Assembly: GCA_042408215.1 (NCBI GenBank)
Contig: JAYFMW010000030.1
Coordinates: 1-64,000, forward strand
Length of the DNA: 64,000 bases
Origin: Microcoleus sp.
GTDB lineage: Bacteria > Cyanobacteriota > Cyanobacteriia > Cyanobacteriales > Microcoleaceae
Reading direction: 5' to 3'
Position 1 is the first letter of the stretch. Every line of letters begins with the position of its first letter. The position numbers and the translations under genes were made by a program. The notes beneath the pieces are model-generated. The model did no database searches, was not told the origin of the DNA, and saw only the letters and a list, made by a program, of their open reading frames with translations. Positions 1-13,400 of this stretch are shown here, piece after piece.

Positions 1-4
1 GTGT

Positions 5-90
5 GATTCGATCGCCTGCTGCGACTCGATCGCCCGCCTCTGGCTCGATCGCCCACACCGACTCGATCTCCTTGTGCGGGCGATCGTTAA
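5..90. repeat. Short tandem repeat, ~4 units of 18-19 bp with HIP1-like core (GA)CTCGATCGCC
   Basis: gattcgatcgcctgctgc / gactcgatcgcccgcctct / ggctcgatcgcccacacc / gactcgatctccttgtgc, then gcgatcg. May continue upstream of the window. Confidence 0.7.
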
Positions 91-222
91 AAGATGTCAA
101 ATGGGTTCTATAAAATATTTATAAAGAACAGGATTGTTGGGAGAAAGCGTTACTAAATTATCCGCTGCATACCGCCTCAACGCAGCATCAGTTGCAGAAA
201 CAATCAGCCTTTCCTCTCTTAA

Positions 223-533
223 GCGATCGCCAGCGAATGACCCGGAGGAATTTTTCTTAAACTATAAGTCGCCGGCCGGCAAATTGCCGAGGGAATCAGT
301 TGATTCTAAAATGCCTGCAACTGTACCAACAGCAACGGTATTTCCCGGCTCGATTTTCTCCAAACTCTCAGCAATTGATAATCGTAAAGTTTTACGCTAC
401 AGTTTTTTCAAGCCTATCAAAATAGCGATTAGCGTGCGGGATTCAAGGTATCGCTATCGTTTTACGCGTGTATGCTGCATTCTTCGCGAGCGGGCTCTCC
501 ACAAACCGAGGATGCCTCTTTTTGAGCGATCGC
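223..533. repeat. HIP1 octamers GCGATCGC at 223-230 and 526-533 (others seen at 13489 and 15337)
   Basis: Exact matches to the cyanobacterial highly iterated palindrome. Confidence 0.8.
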
Positions 534-698
534 TCCCGGGTCGAAAATTCGCTCTAGTTGAGAGTCAGGTTGCTGACACCGCCGCCACTGCTGGATTTGC
601 CCGAAGTGGGTAGGGTGTCCGAGCAGTGAATGACTTTCCAAGCGGTGCTGCCGAGCAAGAGGAAACGGGCGCTTAGGAAGCTTGGAGTGGATTCGTTA

Positions 699-734
699 AT
701 TTAAGTATTTTCCTGCCTGATTTAAGTATTTTCC
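699..734. promoter_or_regulatory. Direct repeat ATTTAAGTATTTTCC x2 with 21-bp period; possible regulator binding site
   Basis: Exact 15-bp repeat at 699-713 and 720-734 in the AT-rich leader. Function is inferred. Confidence 0.4.
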
Positions 735-1213
735 CGCATGAAAACCGTTACTTTTATAAAGACTTAACATAAGTCAAACAACTCTCAGTAAATATACAGA
801 AATTTCTTCTGAGTTGCAGCAGCAAAAACTATAAAGTTCAGTATTGTAACTAATATATTTATAATCTAGTCTAGCCGATAATAAGGATGAGCAACAAGTT
901 AAGCGCAGTCGTAGGAGTAAGCGTAAGTAAAGATTCCTCGAATTTGCTCAACGCCAAATCAATCAATTAAAAATCAAGGGTGCAGCCATGACTTTAACAA
1001 AGCCATTTCGATTGCGTTTTCCCCAAAAAAGTAGCAAAAGCACAAATTTTGCAACCCCTACCTTGACTGTTAATCCTACAACAGACAGTTTGAGAGCTCG
1101 AACATCAAGCAAAACAATCAATAATAATAGTCCTGGACGCATAGACTCTACTTGTATGATGCGCCGCTCCCCGCCTTACCACTACAGATAGTGTCAAAAT
1201 TGACCCGTTGAAT

Positions 1214-1271
1214 CGAGGACTGAATAAATTGAGCCGAGGACTGAATAAATTGAGTCTAGGACTCAATAAAT
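1214..1271. repeat. 21-bp tandem repeat (~2.8 copies) CGAGGACTGAATAAATTGAGC
   Basis: Units at 1214-1234, 1235-1255 and 1256-1271 (degenerate). Confidence 0.85.
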
Positions 1272-1452
1272 AGCGAAAGCGAGTAACAATAGCTTCGCGG
1301 GCTACAGTCGTTTAAGGAGTACGGAAGAGCCTTATAACTCCATTCAAACAGGCGACTCGACCAAAGCGGGTAACATAATTGCAACTCGCATCTCCTCAAA
1401 AAGATAAGTGACGCATCCAAGCTTACCAAAACTATTATTTAACCCTCAAATC

Positions 1453-1457
1453 AGGAG
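1453..1457 (+). promoter_or_regulatory. Shine-Dalgarno AGGAG for the giant gene
   Basis: AGGAG lies 9 nt upstream of the GTG at 1467. Confidence 0.7.
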
Positions 1458-1466
1458 TGCAAGCGA

Positions 1467-4400
1467 GTGCCTTTAACAGACCCGATTGGAGAACCTTTAA
1501 TAGAAAAACAGGAATCCTTAATTCCCGGACTTGCCCCGACAAAGCCCCCTCTGCTGCCGGGAATTCAAACCTCAAAACCTTTATTATATCAAGCTTCGGC
1601 AGAATCATCCGAATCCGAACAACTTAACTTAAACTTAATAGAACCAGCAAGCGAACCCGCATCCGAATTCAGTCGAACAGAAACTGATGCTTTTATTATT
1701 AATAAAGCCTCCGATCTGAACAGCATATCTTCTGCCAACACCAGCCCTCTGATAACTAACAGCACTCTCAGGGATACCACAAATTCTGAAGTTGACCCCC
1801 TAATTGGTAAACTCGACTCCGACTTAGCAGACCCCCTAACCAACCCAAATCGAATTGCCTCAAATAACGATACTTCTGATTTTAATAAACCCGCTCTAAA
1901 CGCACCTGCAATCGACTCCTCAATCAGCTACTCAGAATTCAATAAAACCACAGCAACTACAACCGCTGCGAGGGATGAATTACCTGCTGAAAACTCAACA
2001 CAATTACCCGCAGCCGCAGTTGCCAAATCCGACCAAGAAAACAGCCCAAAATTACCGGATGTAACTGCCTACACAACGAGCGAAAAAGCTTCGGACAAAA
2101 CGCCATTACCCGCTACCGCTGAAACGACTTCAAAACCCGAAGAACACCAAACGTCCTTATCATCAGGGACTACACTCTTCTTCGAGTCATCACCAAACAA
2201 AATATCACCTGCAACTGCATCAACGTCTGACAATTCAGGAGCAAATACAACATCACCCGCAACTGCGTCAGCCGCTGAAAACCCTGAACTAGATCGAACA
2301 TCACCCGTAACTACATCAACGACCGATCGATCAGAACCAGATCGAACATCACCCGTAACTACATCAACGACTGATAAATCAGAACCAGATCGAACATCAC
2401 CTCCAACTGCATCAGCCGCTGAAAACTCAGAACCAGATCGAACATCACCTGCAACTGTATCAACGATTGACAAATCAGAACCAAATCAAACATCACCTGC
2501 AACTGTATCAACGACTGATAAATCAGAATCCAACAAAACCTCAGTTGCGACTGCATCAACTCCTGACAAATCAGAACCCAACAAAACCTCACCTACCGAA
2601 ATCTCCACCACCAAAAACTTAGATACAGCCACTAATCTAGAACCCAATAAAACCTCAACCCCAGAACCAGATCGAACCTCAACTCCCCCAACCAACATCA
2701 ACTTTGACTCAAACGCATTCACTGTCGATGAAAAAGGAATAATCGGCATACAATTCACATCCGACGGCGGCTGGTATAGCGGACAACTAGCCATCGTCAG
2801 CCTACTCGGAATGGAAAAATTCGTTCCCGGTTCCCTTGCCTTCATCTTTGAAGCAGCAAGTCGAGCTTTAAGCAACTCGACAAAGGGCTACATCGCAATT
2901 TCTGACGATTTAGAAGGAGCATATTACACCGATCCTAACTGCTCAGAAAACCTCAATTCCGGGCAATACCTCGGCACAAAAACATTTGCCATGACGCCTG
3001 GGGACAAATTCTTCTTCATGCTAGTACCCAACGACACCGTACAACAAGTATACGACAACCCCGCAATCGGCGGCGACAAAAAACCCCTATTTTCAATAGC
3101 TACAGACAATCCCAGCGACAGCTTCAGTATCGGTCAAATTGCCGACATTACAGGAGAAGGCAAACTCTTTGTCATGGAAGACATGGGGCTGATTCAAGGA
3201 AGCGATATCGATTACGATGATATCACATTCCGTGTCACGGGCGCTACATCCAAAATCGTTCCCCTCAGTCAATTAGTTGACCCATTCTCAGCATCAATTC
3301 ACTCCCAGTTAGTTCAAAAACTGAAGGGTGAATCGGATAAATCCGAGCCGAAGTTTACCGCAGAATCAACTGTTACCAATTCCGGCGATAAATCCCAGGG
3401 AGAAACACCATCGATAACTGCTGATAACGACCAACAAAAACCTCAGCCAACAGCAGCAACAGTTGCTAACTCAGACAGCCAAGAATCGCCACCAACAGCA
3501 GCAACAGTTGCTAACTCAGACAGCCAAGAATCGCCACCAACAGAAACATCAATAGTTGGCAAATCCGATACTGAAGAATCGCAACCAACAGAAACATCAA
3601 CAGTTGGCAAATCTGATACTCAAGAATTGCAACCAACAGAAACATCAACATTTGGCAAATCTGATACTGAAGAAGCGCAACCAACAGCAACATCAACATT
3701 TGGAAAATCAGACAGCCAAGAATCACCACCAACAGAAACATCAACAGTTGGCAAATCAGATAGTCAAGAATCGCAACAAATAGAACAAACAGCCTCTCCC
3801 CTAGAGACACCAAGTGTTAGCCCTAATGAATTAAATTCGGAAATAGAACGGCCAGTATCAGCAGAATCAATTGTCAGCGAGTCAGCAGATGCTGAATTAA
3901 TTAAAACCGACACAACTGCAACTAATCGCATTCCTAAATTGCCGGCTCAAGCCGACTATGCTGTAAATAATGCTGCTTCCCCACCAACCGCTGAAACTCT
4001 GCTAATTCCCACTCCCATCGCGTCACAGCCTCCTGCAAAAACATCTGAGATTGCCGATAATTTTGGCGAAGAATTGCCAAGAGAAACCGATGACAATCTT
4101 TCTAATGCTGCGTCACAATTGCCGACAAAAATTTCTGAGGTTATTCCCGCAGAAAAGGCTGTTGGCACCCAGGAAAATGACCGAGATGTTACCGAAGCCG
4201 CAGCCGAATTTGAAACCGAACAATTTCCCACAACAACCGCTGAGATTATTGCTACAGAAAACGTTGCCGATTTAATTGAATATGACACCACCTTCCCTGA
4301 AATAACAGCCGAATTTGAAACCAAACAATTGGTGACAAAAACCGAGTCAATTGTTGCCACACCCGAAGCGGATGATACGGTTGAACGCGAACTCCCTGTT

Positions 4401-7400
4401 GCTGAAATAACAGACGAATTTGCCAGCCAACAATTGCTACCAAAAACAGACGATTTCGCTCTTGCAGAATTCACTGCGGATACAATTGCTACGGACATCG
4501 CTGTCACCTTCACAGCAGCAGAATTAGAGACTGAAAACTCCCCGGCAATTGTCGTTAATTCTCTCGAACCCGACCCGCTAATTTCCAACTCAAACTCTAG
4601 CGTACAAACCGATTTTTCTATACAGACACTTTTCTCAACTCCATCAGAAACAGCAGCAGGTACGGCACTGATAGCCTCAGTCGAAACCAGCGTTTCACCC
4701 TCAACTCTTAAATCCCCACCCTCACCAAATTCAAACACTTATAATAGCAATTCAACTCCCACAGAAACTACCGTCGCCCAGCCCACATATTCTGCTACCG
4801 AAATTGCGCCAAAACCCGCAGATGTATCGAGCGGTTGGCAGCCGTTAGAGGTAGAAGAACCTGCTCAATTTTCGGACGATATTGCAAACAGTCAATCTTC
4901 TTCAACACAGGGTGCAGGCAACTTCCAAAGCAATATCAATCCCCCAAGAAATTTATCAATAACAACAACAGCCAATTTACCAATCCCCGGTACTTTCCTT
5001 GTAGATAACCAAGGAAAAGTCAGATTTGACTATGTATTTGACGGCGGCTCCTTTGAAGGCGAACTCGGAATTTTCAGCCTAGCCGGAATGGAAGCATTTA
5101 CACCAGGAACTCCAGAATTCATTGCCGAAGCATTCCGTAGAGTTTTAAGCAATTCCACCGACGGACACATTGTAATTAGCGACTCTACAGAATCCGCAAA
5201 ATTCACCGGTGCGATGCCCTTCGATGGGGACTGGGACAGCGGCGAATATCAGGGTATAAAAACTTTCAATATGACCCCAGGCGACACCTTTGCCGTCATG
5301 TTAGTCCCCAATGCTACAGTACAGTCATCCCTCCAATCCTCATATTCGGGAAATTGGTTCCCCGAAAACCGCCCCTTATTCAGTATCTCCACAGCCAATC
5401 CCAACGATACATCTTACGTGTTGCCGATCGCCGACACAACCGGAACGGGGAACACTTTTGCGATGGAAGATATGTCAGCCGCTAACTCTGACAGCGACTA
5501 CAATGACCTAATCTTCACGGTAATTGGGGCCACCGGGAACGCACCGCCGCTTTCATCCGTCATCAATCCTGCAAAAGAATGGCGCAATACTCCGCTAGGA
5601 CAGGAACTGATAGAATACGCCAATAGTTTGATTCCACCTTCATTACCGAACGATGATATTATCAGATTGGTAGAAGGAGAAATATTTGCCAACACTTACG
5701 AGCGTACCTTAACCATCCCCACATCTGGCTCATTCCTCAACATCAGCCTTGCCAACCTCAACTTCGATACTTCCGACACCAAATCAATTAAGGATGCCTT
5801 TGAAATAGCATTAGTCGATAATTCAGGAAAATCCCTAGTCCACACCATTTCCCCAGGCAAAAATGCCTTCTTTAATAGTACCGAAGGGCAACAATCTCAA
5901 CTAGCATCGGGCGTTACTTTCAATGGCTCTAATATCAGTGTAAACTTATCGCAAATCGCGCCTGGTACGACGGCTACACTACAAATACGGTTAGTCAACA
6001 ACGACAGCGATAAAACTACGCAAGTAGGCATCACCTCAATTGCCATCCAACCTGCATCGGCTGCAACGGCTCCCGTAACAGCATTGCCCTTTCAGGATGT
6101 ATCCCCTAACGCACCAGTCAATTTCGCCCGCTTGCAGGACGTTTCAAGCCGGCTGGGGGCAGAATACAAACAGACTTCCTTCAATTCAAGCAGTAAAATT
6201 CTTTACGCCGATTTAGCTGTAAAAAATACAGGTCAGTATCCGGTTCGGGGTACGCTTTTGGTAGCGATAAACAAGATTAGCGACCCAACGGTGCGACTGT
6301 TGGATGCAGACGGAATCACGCCGGAAGGAATTCCTTATTACGACATTAGCAAACTGGTTGGCGGCGGCATTTTAGAACCAGGGGAACTGACATCAACCGA
6401 TACGTTAAAATTTTACAATCCTCAAGGAGTTCAGTTTAGTTACGATTTAGTATTTTTAAGCCAGTTAAATCAAGTTCCACAATTTAAGGCGACACCAAAT
6501 ACGGAAGCTTTGGTAGGTAAAAGTTACGTTTATACTGCAATTGCTGTTGATGCCGATGGGGATGCGCTGACTTATTCCTTGTTGGAAAAACCGTTGGGGA
6601 TGGAGATAGATGCTCAAACCGGGATTATTAGTTGGAATCCGGTTGCCGGAGATATTGGAAATCACGCGGTGACCGTGCAGGTTGAGGATGGAAAAGGTGG
6701 AATTGCCAAACAAAAATATGTGCTTTCAGCTATTAATGCGCCGCCGAATCGACCTCCGATTTTTACTTCGACGCCAGTTGTTGATGCGTGGCTCAAGCAA
6801 CCTTACACCTATGACTCTCACGGAGTAGACCCCGACAGCGATACAGTCAGCTACAGCCTGATTGTCGGCCCAGAGGGAATGAAAGTTAACCCCAGCACGG
6901 GTCTTGTAGAATGGACGCCGCCGGCCGTTCTCGTGCTGGGAGATACGGTACTGGGTAAAATTAGCTTGCCAGGGGAAAGCGACGAATTTACCTTCAGCGG
7001 CACGGCCGGAGAGCGCATTTACATAGACCCGCTGCAATACACCGGTGCTGCTGGAAATTGGAAATTCGACATCATCAGCCCCAGCGGTCAGAATGTATCG
7101 ACTGGGGACTTAAACAGCAACAAAATCCTCAACCTGACAGAAACCGGCAATTACCGCATAGTAACATCAGCCACCGGCGACACCACCGGCAGCTACGGTT
7201 TCAGCGTTATCGACCTCGGCTTAGTACCCGCAGTGCGCTTCGATACAACCATCAAAGGCACTCTAAGTCCCGGTTCGGAAGACGACGTATTTCGCTTCAC
7301 CGGCAGCAAAGGTCAAAAACTCTTCTTCGACAAGCTTAGCAACAGCGGCGCTTTGGATTGGGTACTCTACACGGCCGACAATAAAACACCCATTTATAAT

Positions 7401-10400
7401 AATTTTGACGACATGGAGCTGTACTTGCCGTCCGACGGCGAGTACCTACTGGCGCTGCGCGGCAAATCCAGCTTTACCAGCACCGTCGATTACTCGTTTG
7501 AGATTATCACGCCCGACGAAATCACAGTACCCATCATCCCAGGCAGCAACGCCGCACCCAACAGCATTTACGGCCTCCTCAAAGAAAAAGGGGAAAAAGA
7601 CTTCTACACATTCACAGGAGAACCAGGACAGCGCATTTACTTCGATCGCCTGTTCTACAAGCAAGATATCGCGAATTACTACTGGCCGCACACAGCAAAA
7701 CTGATCGGTCCCAGCGGTAGCTCTGAGGCAATTCACAATCTCGATTACAACTACGACGGAAATCCGATTACTTTGAAGGAAAGCGGTACTTACCGCATAG
7801 AAATTGACGCGACTGAAGAAAATACGGGTACTTACAGCTTTAGCGTTCTCGACTTAGCTCTGGCAACGCCCCTGGAGCCAGATACCGACATCAGCGGCAC
7901 CCTCAACCCGGGTCAAGAAACGCATTTATATCAGTTTGCGGGCTCGAAAAACCAGCGCCTCTTTTTGGATACACCGGGGGGAACCGCAAATACAAACTGG
8001 ACTCTTTACGATTCCGGGAATAACGTGGTTCCCTATGGTGACGCTTCCCAGAATACTGACATGGAAGTGGTGCTACCGAACTCCGGCACTTACACGCTGG
8101 CAATCAGGGGCAACAACGGCAATACCCAAGTTAACTACTCGTTCAAAGCAATTACTCCCGACTTGCAAGCCGGGACGCTGGCATTTAATGTCCCAGTTTC
8201 GAGTTCCATCAGCGAAAAAGGCGAGCGGGACGTTTACACCTTTACCGGCAGCAAAGGGCAACGGGTGTTCCTCGATACGCTGATAGAGACGCCCAATAAT
8301 CTAGCCACTTTAGTTAGTCCCAGCGGCACTAAAATCATCGACAACGTTCAGATGTACGCGGACTATTGGCGGAATCCTATCCTGATGCCGGAATCCGGGA
8401 CGTACTCGCTGACAGTAGACGGTTCGGGAGAATCGACAGACAGCTACAGTTTCCGCCTGATAGATGTTAACGCCGCGCCAGTCTTGCAAAAAGATGCCCT
8501 AAGCCCGACCTCTGGTACGCTGAATCCTGGGAGAGCGATACAGTTCTATCAATTTACAGGAGCCAAAGGCTCACGCGTTTACTTCGACAGCCAAGAAAAC
8601 TCCCCCAACACCAATTGGCACCTCTACAACTCCAACAATGACAAACTCGCCGAAGTAGGTCTTTCTAGTGACTTTGAACAAGTTTTGCCGGGAGACGGTA
8701 CCTACTACCTAATGCTGCGGGGTGAAAACAGCACGCCCGTCAACTACAAAATTCAGCTAGTTACCACGACCTCGCCTCCTACCTCGCTGAGCCTAAATGC
8801 TCTAATTCAAGGCAATATCGCCAAATTAGGGGAACAAGATGTCTACACCTTTACAGGTACTGTCGGTCAAACGCTGTACTTCGACCCCCGCACCGGCAAC
8901 AGCAATATCACCTTTAAAATTAACAATCCCAGCGGTAAAGAGGTTTTGAGCGGTGACACCAACTCAGATCGCGGGCCCTTCACCCTCACCGAACCGGGGA
9001 CTTACAAGCTGACCGTTGATGGCAGTAACAATACTACTGGGAATTACAGCTTCATTCTCAAAGACAAAGACACGGCACCACTCCTACCCTTGGGAAGCCC
9101 TATCAACGGCAGTTTGGGAGCCAAAGAAACAGTCCTGTACAAAGTAGAGGGTAAAGCAGGACAGCAGTTGAGCTTCCTTAGTCAGAACGCTACCCCAGCC
9201 CCCGATTCCGAGTGGGTGCTGTACGCTCCTCAAAACCTGCTGACACCTGAGTCTTATTATGAAAGCAACAGAGTCGGTGGGACAAACCTTAACACCAACT
9301 TCACGCGCACGCTGCCCGTTGACGGCACTTACATCCTGGCCCTACGGAATACATCAGCAAACCAAGTCAACTATAAAGTTCAAGTCAATAGCACCCTGCC
9401 ACCATCAACACCCAATAGCGGACTGTCCGTGTTGCACAGCAGTACATTATCGATACCGGGCGAAGTGGATGACTACTCCTTCACAGCCGCATCGGGGACG
9501 CTGGTTTATTTTGACGGTCGGGGCAATGACTGGACAAAGCGAGTTAGACTTTATAATCAAGACAATAGTATTGTCTTTGACAACCTAGACAACCAGAGCG
9601 ACTACGGTGCTTATCAGCTAACGCTTTCAGGCAACTACAAACTGCAAGCCTACGGTTATTACACCGATACCACGGGCAGTTACAGCTTCCAATTGGTCGA
9701 TCTCAAAGCGGCACCGACCTTGGCTTTAAATGCCACAACAAATGTTCCCTTAAATCCTCTGGAGACAAAAGCATATAAATTCACGGGACAAGTCGGTCAA
9801 AAAGTTTGGTTAGATGGTTTAAATAGCACTTCCAACAACGTTACAGCAAGGCTGTTAAATTCGAGCGGGTTGCCAATAGCTTCAACAGGGGATTTGCAAG
9901 GGGATATTGCATTGCAAACTTTAGAAGCGAATGGCGAATATTATTTAGTGCTGCAATCTAATAATACGTCGGCAACTACAGCCAACTTCCGACTGCTGGA
10001 CACCACCACAAGTGCAATAAATTTAACTACCCTAGATAATAAAACTGTATCGGGCAACTTTGGTACGAGCAAGCGAGAAACTTTATTATATAAGTTTCAA
10101 GGCTCAGAAAACCAGACCCTCTATTTTGATTCTAAGGATGGGGATTGGTACAACTACTACCAGCTATACAGTCCCGACGGCAAACTCGTTTTCAATCAAT
10201 ACGGGGTCTGGGATTTCGAGCAAAAGCTGCCCAGTTCCGGCGAGTACGTGTTAGCTTTTCTGGGCAACAACCAAACTAATAACAATTACAGTCTGCAAAT
10301 CATTACTCCAACAGATGTTACATTGCCATTACTAATTGGTAATCCTGTCAATGGAGAAATTGCCAAAGCTGGTCAGCAAAATACTTATACTTTTAGAGGC

Positions 10401-13400
10401 ATAGAAGGTCAGCGTTTGTGGTTCGACAGCCTCGCTAGTGCAGGTAGCATTTATGGTAAATTGTATAGCCCAACAGGGGTGCAGTTGTGGGAACAAGGGG
10501 TTGGGAACGATCGCGAACCCACTACTCTCAAAGAAACAGGTGATTACCGCTTCGTAGTAGACGGTGCTGCGGATACCACCGGAAATTTCAGTTTCCGCTT
10601 TCTCGATTTGGCGAATGCACAACCCACTACTTTAGATGCGAATATTGAAGGTAATTTCGGGACTTCTAAGCGCGAAACTAACCTGTATAAATTCGCAGGA
10701 GCAGAGGGTCAGGAAGTCTATTTTGACCGCACAGAGGGCAATTCTTACAACTCATACTACCTATACGCTCCCGACGGTCAGCGCTTATTGTTCCAATATA
10801 TTTACAGCGATTCTGATTTAGTAAAGCTCCCAAGTTCGGGCGAATACACTTTAGTTTTAAGTGGCAACGAGCAACCAGACAACAATTACAAGCTGCAGAT
10901 GGTAACGCCCGATCTCGTTACTCAACCTCCTCACACAATTGGTAATTCGATTAAGGGAGAAATAAGCGAAGCCGGAGAATACGATACCTATACTTTCACC
11001 GGGAGTCCCGGTCAAAAATTGTGGTTTGACAGTTTGTTCGCTTCCAGCAACATCACTGCTTACTTGTCTTCCCCAACCAAAAAAGATATTTGGAGTCAAA
11101 ATGCTGGTTACGACCACCAATTAACAGATTTATTAACTTTAGATGAAGCGGGAACTTACACTCTAAAAGTAGACGCTTCTGGAGACAGCACAGGCGCTTA
11201 TGAATTCCGCTTCCTCGACTCAATTCAAGCAAACACTACTTTATTAGACTCACCGATTGAGGGTAATTTTGGTACTGGCAAACAATCTGCCAATGCCTAC
11301 AAATTCACTGGCAATAAAGGTCAACCTCTCTATTTTGACCGCAGTGACCGCACTGACTACAACGATTATTATAATTCTTATTACCTCTACGACTCTTACG
11401 GCAAGAGAGTTTTGGGTCAAAGTTTATCTTATGACTATGAATTGTCTGCCTTGCCTAACCAGGGTGAATACACTCTAATTTTTGCAGGAAATGACAGACC
11501 GAACAATAATTATTCTCTCAAAATAGTCACGCCCGACCTGATTACTACTCCTTACCAAATCGGCCATACTGTTAGCGGTACGATTGGCGAAGCTGGGGAG
11601 CAGGATATTTATGCTTTCCAAGGAAAGCTAGGTCAAAAGCTGTGGTTTGACAGCTTGGAAAATTCATCAACAAATCTGACAGTAAAACTGGTAGACCCGG
11701 ATGGAGTAACGGTTTTCCCCGATTGGTATAACACTCAATATGCTTCATACGATCGAGAACCTGTAATCCTTACCAAAGAAGGCAATTACAAGCTGATTGT
11801 AGATGGTTCCAATGACAGTGCGGGGAATACCTACAGTTTCCGCTTGCTCGATTTAGCGGCTGGCAAACCATTGACTTGGGATGCTCCTATTTCGGGCAAC
11901 TTCGGCAGTAGCAAGCGCGAAACTCAAGTCTATAAATTTCAAGGTACAGAAGGCAACTATTTATACTTCGATTTGACAGCCGGAGATCCCTACAATTACT
12001 ATTATCTTTACGACCCCTACGGCAAACGCCTGACCTATCAAGGATTGGGTACTGATTACGAACTGGCTTTGCCGTTAACGGGCGAGTACGCATTAGTTCT
12101 ATCCGGTCAGGATAGACCTAATAATTACGGATTAACAGTGGTGATGCCTGAGTTAAAAACAGTACCTTTAACTCTCGGACAAACAGTTACTCAAAGTATC
12201 GATAAAGCAGGTGAAAAAGACACCTATAGTTTTGAAGGAAAGGTTGGAAAAAAGCTGTTTTTTGACGGTATAACTGGGAACGGCAACTTGTCGGTACAAC
12301 TCTACGATCCTTTTGGCAACTTAGTTGTTGACCCATCAGGCTATCCAATAAGTAACCGCAGTACAAATAGTGACTGGCTGCCACAGGCTTTGACTGCCAA
12401 CGGAACTTACCGCTTAGTAATTGATGCCAGCAACAATACCACAGGCAATTACAGTTTTAAATTGAGCGATTTGACCTCTTCTTCCCCTCTGAATTTGACT
12501 TCCCCCAATACCGGCACTGCTGAAATAGGGGAAGTTGATTTGTATCAAATTATCGGCAGTCAGGGTCAAGTATTAAACTTCGATTTAAATGCTGCTGCGT
12601 GGAACAATGGAAATTGGGTGCTCTACGGACCTGACAACAAAGCAATAGCCACCCCGCAAGGGAATTCGCCAGATTTTCTCGTAGCGCTACCGACAGCGGG
12701 TTTGTACACTTTAGCCGTTACCGGAAACAACACTTCACCCGTCAGCTATAGTTTCAGGGCGACCGACATTACGCCAGCACCGACTGCCAGCACGGGACTC
12801 AATTCTACAATTAGCGGCACGCTAACAGCCGGCAACCCTAAAAATTACAAATTCACCGCCAATGCCGGCACACAGATATTCTTAGACAGCATCAACAATA
12901 GTAACTGGGAAATCAGGTCAAGCCTAATTGCCCCCGATGGTAGCAAAGTATTCGACAACCAAGACAGTCGCTACAATACCCTACCCAAAGTATTGCCGCT
13001 TTCAGGGGAATATACTCTGCAAATATACGGCTATTACCCATCTTCAAATGGTAGCTACCAATTCCGCATCGCCGAGTTGCCTAACAGTCTCAGAAGTCCC
13101 ACAACTAACTACTTAGAAATAGGCAGCCCCGTATCGGGAACGCTGTCCGGGACTGAGGCAAAAGTTTATACTTTTGATGGCGTGGAAGGACTGCGGGTAG
13201 CTTTCAACGGCATAGTGGGAACTAATGTCTCTGCAACTTTATACAGCCCGACAGGGGAAGCAGTATTTACCAGAGGTAATTTCCAGTCCACTGACTTCCC
13301 ACCAGTCACTCTGACTCAAAACGGTTTGTACCAACTGGTAATAGAAGGGGAACAAGCGAGCAATCAAAACTACTCGTTCCAACTCCTAGAACTGTCCTCT

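Noticed and set aside
384..397. NtcA box
   Set aside because: GTA-N6-TAC, not GTA-N8-TAC.
134..613. 159-aa ORF
   Set aside because: TTG start, no RBS or recognisable motif, atypical composition; probably a chance ORF in the leader.
561..650. Cobalamin riboswitch (GCCACTG and AGTCAGG-like motifs)
   Set aside because: The motifs are in the wrong order and the GGGAA/B12-box architecture is missing.
988..1191. 67-aa ORF as a leader peptide
   Set aside because: No motif or clear RBS; cannot be supported.
2197..3780. Tandem repeats as a CRISPR array
   Set aside because: In-frame coding repeats (51 and 45 bp) without unique spacers; no cas genes.
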